From Candidatus Nanoclepta minutus (GTDB lineage: Archaea > Nanobdellota > Nanobdellia > Nanobdellales > Nanobdellaceae), in assembly GCA_003568775.1 (NCBI GenBank), contig MWMI01000002.1, forward strand, positions 60,001 through 92,000: a stretch of 32,000 nt of DNA, given 5' to 3'. The notes under the pieces were generated by a model that saw nothing but the letters and a program-made list of their open reading frames with translations, did no database searches and was not told the DNA's origin. Shown here piece by piece: positions 17,237-24,536 of this stretch (positions within the stretch are counted from its first letter, which is position 1; each line of letters starts with the position of its first letter). The translations under genes and the position numbers were made by a program.

Positions 17237-17713
17237 TTACTTCTTTCTTTGTACTCCTACAACTCTGCCTTTTCTATGATGAGACCTCGTTCTTTGTCCC
17301 CTGACTGGTAGGCCATATGAATGCTGCCTTCCCTTCCATGTTCCAAGCTCCATCTCTCTCTTAATATCAAATTGTACCCTTATCTTCCAATCCGGTCCAA
17401 CTAGATGTTTATCCTTACCATCTTCCAAATCTCTCTGTCTATTAAACATCCATTTCGGGATACCATACTTCTCTGGATTCTTTATACAATCTTCAAGTTT
17501 CTCTAACTCTTCATCAGATAAAGAACCTAATAGCCTCCACTTATTTATACCTAAAGCCTCGCATATAGCATGAGAGAACCTCCAATTTACTCCTGCTAAC
17601 CTTGTAAGCTCAACATATATTGGTTTATGTCCATCTAGTTCTGTTTCTACTATTCTTATAACATCCTTTATCTGAGCTCCTTCCGGTGTGAATGGTTTAA
17701 GAGCACCTGGCAT
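17237..17713 (-). CDS. rps13: 30S ribosomal protein S13 (uS13)
   Basis: 158 aa. LTRLAGVNWRFSHAICEALGI and the basic C-terminus GLPVRGQRTRSHHRKGRVVGVQRKK. Confidence 0.93.
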   Translation of the reverse strand: MPGALKPFTPEGAQIKDVIRIVETELDGHKPIYVELTRLAGVNWRFSHAICEALGINKWRLLGSLSDEELEKLEDCIKNPEKYGIPKWMFNRQRDLEDGKDKHLVGPDWKIRVQFDIKREMELGTWKGRQHSYGLPVRGQRTRSHHRKGRVVGVQRKK

Positions 17714-17763
17714 TAATGAAGTTTTATATTCTAATTTAAAAATCTTATATAAGTGAGATATAT

Positions 17764-19389
17764 ATGAAGATCGGTTTTGTCATAAAGGAGGCTACTTCGG
17801 ACTATTTTTATTTTGTAATAAACCCAAAGGAAAGGGATAAAATAACGGTAGGTAGTTTGGTCAAAATAATCATAAACGATGTTCCATACTATGCCATTGT
17901 AGAAGATATAAAGTCTGAAGCAATTGAAGAAGATAGATTGATCAACTTCGAAGCAATTGAAATAGTCTATGATAAAATAGGAAAGAAATTATTTATATTG
18001 AGGGGAAAAGGTATCTTCATTGGATGTTTAAGGGATAACAAAGTTTTACCAGAAAAACCTAAGACCCCTCCGCTACCAGGGGACGATGTATTACTAGCTG
18101 AATATGAAGAAATCAAAAAAATATATAGCTTCGAGACAGATTATACAATACCTTTCGGTAAAATTTTTGTAAGCGACAAGGAATATACTGTTGATCTATC
18201 AATAAAAAATCTGATAATAAGGCATACAGGCATATTTGGAATAACGGGATCTGGTAAATCAACTGCAGTTGCTAACTTAGTTTATGAGCTGTCTAAGAAA
18301 AATATACCAACCTTAATATTCGATATCCATAGAGATTACATACTTTCATTCCAAAATCCGATAATAATAACTTTCTCTGAAAGGGATAGGGAATATATAG
18401 AAAGCTTATTAAAAGAAAGGGGGAAGAATGGAAGAGTATACACTGCAAAGCTAGACATTAAAATATTAAACGATTATATGGAAATATTGGGAATAAATAG
18501 AGAATCTATGCCACATGTCGCTAATTTACTATCTGAATTATTATCTAAAGCAAGAATAAATACTATATTCGACCTCCTAAAGTTTTTAGATGAAAGAAAG
18601 AATGTTGAAAATTTAATAAAAAACTACGGTGATAAAGAAATAGATAGGTTAGCTAATTCCCTTAAGTCAAGGATAAAGAAGATATATGATTGGAGGTTAT
18701 TCCCTAGGGATGCTAGAGATTTTGGAGAGGACTTGAGAAGCCTATTAGATAACCTAATTAGAAAAATAACGGATATGGAAGGTATCTTAGAAGGTGAAAT
18801 AGTTAGGAACGGAGATGAAATATCCATAAGGAGGGAGAATACAGAATATAGAAATATCATAATAATAGACCTCTATCCTCTATCAATAGAGGAACAGAGG
18901 ATACTAATAGATATACTACTAGAACGCCTATACAATAAATACAAAGAGCTCAAGTTTGAGGGAAAGGCAGATATACTAACTATCGTAATTGAGGAAGCAC
19001 ATAGGTTTGTCTCAAGGGAAGCAAAGGATACCAGTGCGAAGGTATCCTTAATAGCCAGGGAGGGTAGGAAGTTTGGATTAGGAATAATACTAGTATCCCA
19101 GATACCCTCTAGCATACTGGATAGTGTTATATCTCAGCTAAATACATTTATTCTCTTAAAGATGATAAACCCGAGGGACCTTGAATTCATTAAAAAGACC
19201 TGTCCATATCTATCTAAAGAATACTTCGAAGCTCTAACTAAGCTTGAAACTGGAAAAGCTTTGGTAGTAGGTTTAGCACCTAAGAATCCTGCAATAGTAA
19301 AGATAATTAAAAACGTAGATGTTGGTGGAACGGAAGAAGATATCGAGAGGTCCATAGAGAAAAGAGTAAAATTATTAAGAGAAAATTAA
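17764..19389 (+). CDS. herA: HerA-type hexameric ATPase/helicase (FtsK-HerA superfamily)
   Basis: 541 aa. N-terminal HAS-barrel-like region, Walker A GITGSGKST, Walker B LTIVIEEAHRF, and the following REGRKFGLGIILVSQIPS. Confidence 0.85.
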   Translation: MKIGFVIKEATSDYFYFVINPKERDKITVGSLVKIIINDVPYYAIVEDIKSEAIEEDRLINFEAIEIVYDKIGKKLFILRGKGIFIGCLRDNKVLPEKPKTPPLPGDDVLLAEYEEIKKIYSFETDYTIPFGKIFVSDKEYTVDLSIKNLIIRHTGIFGITGSGKSTAVANLVYELSKKNIPTLIFDIHRDYILSFQNPIIITFSERDREYIESLLKERGKNGRVYTAKLDIKILNDYMEILGINRESMPHVANLLSELLSKARINTIFDLLKFLDERKNVENLIKNYGDKEIDRLANSLKSRIKKIYDWRLFPRDARDFGEDLRSLLDNLIRKITDMEGILEGEIVRNGDEISIRRENTEYRNIIIIDLYPLSIEEQRILIDILLERLYNKYKELKFEGKADILTIVIEEAHRFVSREAKDTSAKVSLIAREGRKFGLGIILVSQIPSSILDSVISQLNTFILLKMINPRDLEFIKKTCPYLSKEYFEALTKLETGKALVVGLAPKNPAIVKIIKNVDVGGTEEDIERSIEKRVKLLREN

Positions 19390-19402
19390 TTTTATGATAG
19401 AT

Positions 19403-19486
19403 GCCGCGGTGCCCGAGTGGACCAAGGGGTCTGGCTGGAGACCAGATCCCCGAAAGGGGACCGGGGTTCGAATCCCCGCCGCGGCG
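19403..19486 (+). tRNA. tRNA-Ser (anticodon GGA)
   Basis: Folds as GCCGCGG-UG-CCCG-AGUGGACCA-AGGG-G-UCUGG-CUGGAGA-CCAGA-UCCCCGAAAGGGGAC-CGGGG-UUCGAAU-CCCCG-CCGCGGC-G. It is 84 nt with a class II long variable arm and discriminator G. It starts 13 nt after the herA stop. Confidence 0.95.
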
Positions 19487-19523
19487 ATCCCTCAGTTAAG
19501 GTTATTTACCTTAAAATCAAAAT

Positions 19524-19877
19524 TTGAATATGAAAAGACTATATGCTATTTTTAAAAGGATTGAAAAGAAAGAGATTTTCGATGATATGAAGGCTCTATA
19601 TAACTTAGCAGATGAGTTATCAATTAATTTCAATTTAGAAAATGTAAAAAAGAAAGTTATAAGCGATATTGAAAACAATTTTTTCCAGCTATTATTGGAA
19701 TCCAAAGAACTCTCCGTATACCTAACCTACTGGAGATCTATAGATATGTTAAGTTTAGAGGTAATATCAAAGAATATAGACCCTTTCTCTATATATGAAC
19801 ATCTTAAGAACACGTTCATACCAAAGTATTATTCTGTCTCAATCCAGCAAACCCAAAAACAGGACCTATATGAGTAG
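19524..19877 (+). CDS. Hypothetical protein
   Basis: 117 aa ORF with non-repetitive composition. The 3' end overlaps the convergent DegV gene by 62 nt, so either the real extent or the coding status is uncertain. Confidence 0.35.
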   Translation: MNMKRLYAIFKRIEKKEIFDDMKALYNLADELSINFNLENVKKKVISDIENNFFQLLLESKELSVYLTYWRSIDMLSLEVISKNIDPFSIYEHLKNTFIPKYYSVSIQQTQKQDLYE

Positions 19878-20580
19878 ATATAATTGGATTCATTAATATT
19901 TCCTTACCTGATACCTTTCTCGTATTGCTAGCATACAGTTTTAATTTATATTTCTTTTCTAGATCATAAAAATCCTTAATTAAATCTGAAGAAAGTTTAA
20001 ACAATTCTAGCCTTCCATCTCTTATATTTAATATTGGTTTCTTATTAACTAACCTTAGGAAAGAATACTTCAATAGGTTTATCCTTCCGGAATTGAGCAA
20101 ATAGTTTATGTTCTCTACAAATGCATAAGTATCTATCCTTTCTCTCATACTATTTATTCTCTCAACTACCTCATCTATTTTATACTTCTCCAATAACTTT
20201 TTAGCAATCAAAACTAAAATCCCGCTCCCCACCGATGCGTTTCTTGTATCAATAACGTATATTTTCTTTTTAATGAACTTAGAAGCATTCAAAGCTACAT
20301 TATATGTACCCGATAACTCCGAACTTACTGTGAAAACTAAAATTTCTTCTTCACAAGATTTATAAACTTCCAGAAAATCTTCTAAAGTAGGTTGAGAAGT
20401 TTTAAGCTTTCCAGACAACCATTCTTCCCTAAACTTCTTATAAAATTCATACTTAGAGTTATAAAAGATCGGTATCTTATCTCCATCCTTTATTACATAT
20501 AAAGGTACAACTTTTATACCGTATTTTTCTATTATCCTCCTAGGTAGATCTACAGTAACATCAATTACAATATCAACCAT
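19816..20580 (-). CDS. DegV-family (FakB-like) lipid-binding protein
   Basis: 254 aa. DegV signatures LKTSQPT, VSSELSGTYNVA, VIDTRNASVGSG and C-terminal PIISTHIGP. The start overlaps the upstream Dak2 gene by 8 nt. Confidence 0.8.
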   Translation of the reverse strand: MVDIVIDVTVDLPRRIIEKYGIKVVPLYVIKDGDKIPIFYNSKYEFYKKFREEWLSGKLKTSQPTLEDFLEVYKSCEEEILVFTVSSELSGTYNVALNASKFIKKKIYVIDTRNASVGSGILVLIAKKLLEKYKIDEVVERINSMRERIDTYAFVENINYLLNSGRINLLKYSFLRLVNKKPILNIRDGRLELFKLSSDLIKDFYDLEKKYKLKLYASNTRKVSGKEILMNPIISTHIGPVFGFAGLRQNNTLV

Positions 20581-21430
20581 TTATTTCATCGATTTCTATG
20601 TTTTCTATCTCAACAAAAGGGATTAGAAGATTTATGGTATTTTCTACAGATCTCGTATGGAGGTGTATTTTTACATGATCTCCAAACTCGTTAATAATCA
20701 AAGAATCCTCATCCTTTAAACAATTCCTTATTTTATCTATAGAATACTTAGGCTTTGCCAAAATATTCAAGCAGAATATCTTACCTTTAACTCTTTCAAA
20801 CTTTTCTTCCTTTAGATACTTCTTTAAGTTTATCTTTATATCCCCCCCGATAGATTCTATCCATCCCTTTAACATCAAAACTACCCCCAAACCTCCAGAA
20901 TCAATAGTCTTCTTCAAGTTAACATTTTCCCTCTTATTCTCCAGTTCCTTCAGGGATTTTCTAATGCATTTATCTAACCAATCCTTTAAGTTTTTGGACT
21001 TAACTATCTCCCTCTCCATTACTCTTATTACAGTTAGCATAGTTCCCTCTCTAGGTTCTTTAACGGAAGAGTATGCGTATTCCCTAGCCCTTTTAATGGC
21101 CCTGAATAAATCCTTTAACTTAACCTTTTTCTTATCTTTTAGCTCTATATATAGACCATAGAAGAACATGGATATAATGTTACCCGAATTTCCCTTAGAT
21201 ACCTTCATCGATATGTCCTTAATTATCTCTAAGATCTTTCCTATGTGGTTTATCTCTACGTTCTCTATACCTTTCCTTATATTCTCAAAGAGTATCCTAA
21301 GATTCGTACCAGTATCCTTGTCTCTAACTGGAAAGTAGTTTAGTTCGTTTAATATACTTTCGTGAAAGGATATTTGATCGGCAGCTCTGAGCATCATATC
21401 TTTAAATATACTGCCATCTATTTCCTCCAT
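20573..21430 (-). CDS. Dak2/DhaL-domain protein resembling the N-terminal kinase plus central domains of FakA/YloV (lacks the C-terminal DegV-like domain)
   Basis: 285 aa. LNYFPVRDKDTGTN (compare PVxDGDTGTN), SKGNSGNIIS (compare GNSGVILS) and PREGTMLTV (compare EGTILTV). The C-terminal module FCLN...NCLK...GDHVKIHLHT resembles the FakA/YloV central region. Confidence 0.75.
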   Translation of the reverse strand: MEEIDGSIFKDMMLRAADQISFHESILNELNYFPVRDKDTGTNLRILFENIRKGIENVEINHIGKILEIIKDISMKVSKGNSGNIISMFFYGLYIELKDKKKVKLKDLFRAIKRAREYAYSSVKEPREGTMLTVIRVMEREIVKSKNLKDWLDKCIRKSLKELENKRENVNLKKTIDSGGLGVVLMLKGWIESIGGDIKINLKKYLKEEKFERVKGKIFCLNILAKPKYSIDKIRNCLKDEDSLIINEFGDHVKIHLHTRSVENTINLLIPFVEIENIEIDEING

Positions 21431-21510
21431 CCTTATTATTTTTTTATCATCTATTTTAAGTTTATCTATCCTTTAAGATTGAATTTAAATATAGGATCCG
21501 ACTAAGATTT

Positions 21511-21990
21511 ATGAACGTAGAATCATTAATAAACATGTTCTCCTATCTCGGATTATTCATGATCGGACTATTAAGCACCATAGGTCTCTTCATATCCCCG
21601 CCATTATACTTAAGTCTACCCTTAATACTCTATAAAACGAAATTTAATCCAATACTATCGACTTTACTAGTTGCTCTAGGAATGAGCGTCGGGGATACTA
21701 TAGGTTATTTCATAGGATTCTCGAGTGAAAAATTATTAGAAAATAAAATATATGAAAAGGAGAGGTACAAAAAGTTCTCGGAATTCATAAACAAATATGG
21801 GCCTATAACCATACCTTTACTTTCAGCATTACCTTTTCCATTCTTTGATGCACTAGCAATAGCCTGTGGATTTGCAAAAATAGATATAAAATCCTACTTT
21901 ATCTATCTGTTCTTCGGTAGGCTAATAAAAGTAAGTCTAATAGTCATAGCAGGTCAATATATACTAATAAGGCTACCATTTGAAATTTAA
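21511..21990 (+). CDS. Small DedA/VTT (SNARE-associated)-family membrane protein
   Basis: 159 aa with about 4 hydrophobic segments. GMSVGDTIGYFIGF and KYGPITIPLLSALPFPFFDALAIACGF match the DedA/VTT core pattern. Confidence 0.6.
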   Translation: MNVESLINMFSYLGLFMIGLLSTIGLFISPPLYLSLPLILYKTKFNPILSTLLVALGMSVGDTIGYFIGFSSEKLLENKIYEKERYKKFSEFINKYGPITIPLLSALPFPFFDALAIACGFAKIDIKSYFIYLFFGRLIKVSLIVIAGQYILIRLPFEI

Positions 21991-22012
21991 CAGTTTATAA
22001 CTTAAAGATAAA

Positions 22013-22741
22013 ATGCAGATTTCTATCGTATTCGTAGAACCTGAATCCGAAGATAACATCGGAGCACTAGCAAGAGTTATGGCAAACTTTGGCTTTAGGG
22101 ATCTCATATTAATAAATCCGAAGGTAAATCCCTATTCAGAAAAAGTAAAAATAGTAGCAAGAGAGGAAGGTTGGAAGATAATAAGGAACCTGAGGATATA
22201 CGATGATTTAGATAGGGTAATATCGATGTTCGATGTTACTTATGGAACTACAGGAGTATCATCTAAAGTGGGGAATGAAGTTCTAAGGAACCCGTTAACT
22301 CCTAGAGAACTAGCAAGCAGAATCTGGAATTTCAGTGGGAAGATAGGCATATTCTTCGGAAGGGAATCTACAGGATTCTCCAACCAAGAATTAGATAAGT
22401 TCGATGCTCAAATAACTATACCTGCCTCTGAGGATTATCCGATAATGAACGTTACCCATGCCGCTTCTATAATCCTTTATGAGATCTTCATAGCGAGAGA
22501 GAATCCGATAAGGAGGACTTTCAAACTAATAAACAATCATGAAAGATACGTATTAAAGAGAAAATTGAAGGAATTCGTTTATTCATTGCCAACTCATGAA
22601 TATAGAAAGCCTGTAATTTATAGAGCATTGAGGAACCTTATCGGAAAGGCCTTTATAACAAAAAGGGAATTTTCTATATTAATGGGCGTCCTTAACCTAG
22701 CAAAAAATGATAGAAGAAAGTTATCCAATATTAAAAAATAG
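22013..22741 (+). CDS. trmJ: SpoU/TrmH-class RNA 2'-O-methyltransferase, TrmJ-like
   Basis: 242 aa. ISIVFVEPESEDNIGALARVMANFGF, FGRESTGFSNQEL and IPASEDYPIMNVTHAASIILYE are the SPOUT motifs 1-3. Confidence 0.75.
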   Translation: MQISIVFVEPESEDNIGALARVMANFGFRDLILINPKVNPYSEKVKIVAREEGWKIIRNLRIYDDLDRVISMFDVTYGTTGVSSKVGNEVLRNPLTPRELASRIWNFSGKIGIFFGRESTGFSNQELDKFDAQITIPASEDYPIMNVTHAASIILYEIFIARENPIRRTFKLINNHERYVLKRKLKEFVYSLPTHEYRKPVIYRALRNLIGKAFITKREFSILMGVLNLAKNDRRKLSNIKK

Positions 22742-24536
22742 AAGTTTTCAAATAGAAACAGTAGAAAGAATATTAGACAGTTTAGATAAGAAATTTATTA
22801 TCTTAGACTCCCCAACAGGATCTGGAAAAACAATTATGTCATTAGTGATAGCAGATTTCTTATGGAAGAAAGAAGATCTAATAACACACATAGCTGTAAG
22901 GACAAACGAACAAATAAAGAGATACTTACAGGACTCTCTAGAGAAGGTCAAAACTTTGGTAAAGGTTTTCCCGAATAAGAGAAAGACTTGCCCAATATTC
23001 TATAAATCGAACCTATCGGGGGAAGAGATATATTGCTCCGACTGTATGTTCAGGAAAGCAACTTATCCAAAAGAAAGGTTGTTCAAAAGGTTAAGAAAAG
23101 TTAACTATAATTTTGAAAAACTAGCAAAAATAGAGAATAAAAAAATGGAAAAAAGAAACGATAAAGTAAGGTGTATATACCATTCGTTTAAAAAAATAGA
23201 ATCTAAAATATATGTATCTACCTACCCCTACGTATTTAACTATTATCTATTCGATCTCCTGTCCTTAGAGGGAGAGCCCGATATATTAATAATGGATGAA
23301 TCCCATAATCTATTGACTACGTTAACTAACCCTCTATCGTTATCCTTTAGGGTATATTTAGAGAAAGGTTTTGGGAAAAGGAAAGAAGAGAACCTGCTAT
23401 ACAAGTTTCTAAAAGAAGAAATAGCTGCAATAGGGGATCTACTAAATATCCCTAACGAAGATATAGGTATAGTCCTATCAGAAATATCAAACTTTTCGGA
23501 TGAACTAATAAACTTTATAGAGAACCTATTGGTAAAGCAGTTTAGAACTCGAGAGATAAATATTATAATAGAAAGGATAAAGAAGGAGATTGGAAAGAAA
23601 GAGGTAATAATAGAGAGAGAAGAATTACTAGATATATTCGATAGGTATTCTAAGACTTTTGATGAACTTATATTTTACTGGGATTCTTATAAAAAAACTA
23701 TATCTAAGATGACATACAAGTTTCCAAAGAAGAGATGGCATTTAAACAAGATATTAAAGCTATACTTAAGCTTAAAGGATCCCGATCTTGTATGGATAGC
23801 AAACGGATTTAAAATAGAAGGATTTATAACAAAATTTAACGTTATAATAAAGTCCCTTATGGACTATAAGAACATAATACTTATGTCGGGCAGCAACTTT
23901 ACAAAAAAGGATTTTGTTACATTATATAAAGTACCTTCAGAGGATGTCGAATACATAAAGGTTGATGTAAAATTTGGTAAAAAGGAATTTAATATAATAC
24001 CAAACTTTTCTTCAAAATATGAAAAGAGAAAGAGTAAGAAGAATATACAAAACTTAATAGATAACATTAAATTCATTTTAAATAATTTAGATGGATATCA
24101 ACTCTATATGTTTCCATCTGCAGGTTTCATGAACCTAATTTTTGATCAATTATCAGAAGAAATAAAAGAAAGAATATTCTTGGATGATGGAACAAAACCC
24201 TTCAACTCTATATTAAAAACTAACAAAAAGGCTATATTCACCTATGCCAGATCAAGGTTTATAGAAGGGGTAGAACTGGTTAAGGATGGATCCTCTTTAT
24301 TGAAGACTGTTGTAATAGTAGGAAAACCCTATCCACCACCCCCAACAGCATCTATACTCACCAATAGAATATTGAAAGATAATAAATTAGATTACTGGAC
24401 TTTTGCAGAAATTATGAAGGATATTCAAATAAAACAAGTAATAGGAAGGGCTATAAGATCACAAAACGATGAAGTAAAGATATTTTTTATAGATGATAGG
24501 TATAAAAAATCTGAAGTAATAAAATACTTTAAGTAG
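22707..24536 (+). CDS. XPD/Rad3-family (DinG-like) Fe-S SF2 helicase
   Basis: 609 aa. Walker A DSPTGSGKT, four Cys between motifs I and II (KTCP, YCSDC, RCIY) as in the XPD 4Fe-4S domain, DExH box read as IMDESHN, and motif VI QVIGRAIRS. The annotated start overlaps trmJ by 35 nt, so the true start is uncertain. Confidence 0.75.
   Translation: MIEESYPILKNRSFQIETVERILDSLDKKFIILDSPTGSGKTIMSLVIADFLWKKEDLITHIAVRTNEQIKRYLQDSLEKVKTLVKVFPNKRKTCPIFYKSNLSGEEIYCSDCMFRKATYPKERLFKRLRKVNYNFEKLAKIENKKMEKRNDKVRCIYHSFKKIESKIYVSTYPYVFNYYLFDLLSLEGEPDILIMDESHNLLTTLTNPLSLSFRVYLEKGFGKRKEENLLYKFLKEEIAAIGDLLNIPNEDIGIVLSEISNFSDELINFIENLLVKQFRTREINIIIERIKKEIGKKEVIIEREELLDIFDRYSKTFDELIFYWDSYKKTISKMTYKFPKKRWHLNKILKLYLSLKDPDLVWIANGFKIEGFITKFNVIIKSLMDYKNIILMSGSNFTKKDFVTLYKVPSEDVEYIKVDVKFGKKEFNIIPNFSSKYEKRKSKKNIQNLIDNIKFILNNLDGYQLYMFPSAGFMNLIFDQLSEEIKERIFLDDGTKPFNSILKTNKKAIFTYARSRFIEGVELVKDGSSLLKTVVIVGKPYPPPPTASILTNRILKDNKLDYWTFAEIMKDIQIKQVIGRAIRSQNDEVKIFFIDDRYKKSEVIKYFK

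Noticed and set aside
17276-17304. Possible C/D-box sRNA: ATGATGA (17276-17282) followed by CTGA (17301-17304) on the plus strand
   Set aside because: It lies inside the S13 coding region on the opposite strand. The 18-nt spacer is longer than the usual ~12-nt guide spacing, and there is no C'/D pair or terminal stem downstream.
18624-19355. Three minus-strand ORFs (78, 80 and 73 aa) inside the herA gene
   Set aside because: They are fully nested antisense to a well-supported 541-aa gene. Their S/L/I/F-rich low-complexity translations are the typical mirror image of K/E/I-rich codons in AT-rich DNA, and they carry no motifs.
19487-19900. Integrated element at the 3' side of tRNA-Ser (a common integration target)
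   Set aside because: There is no integrase or recombinase gene and no direct repeat of the tRNA 3' end downstream. The flanking genes (DegV, Dak2) show no phage or plasmid hallmarks.
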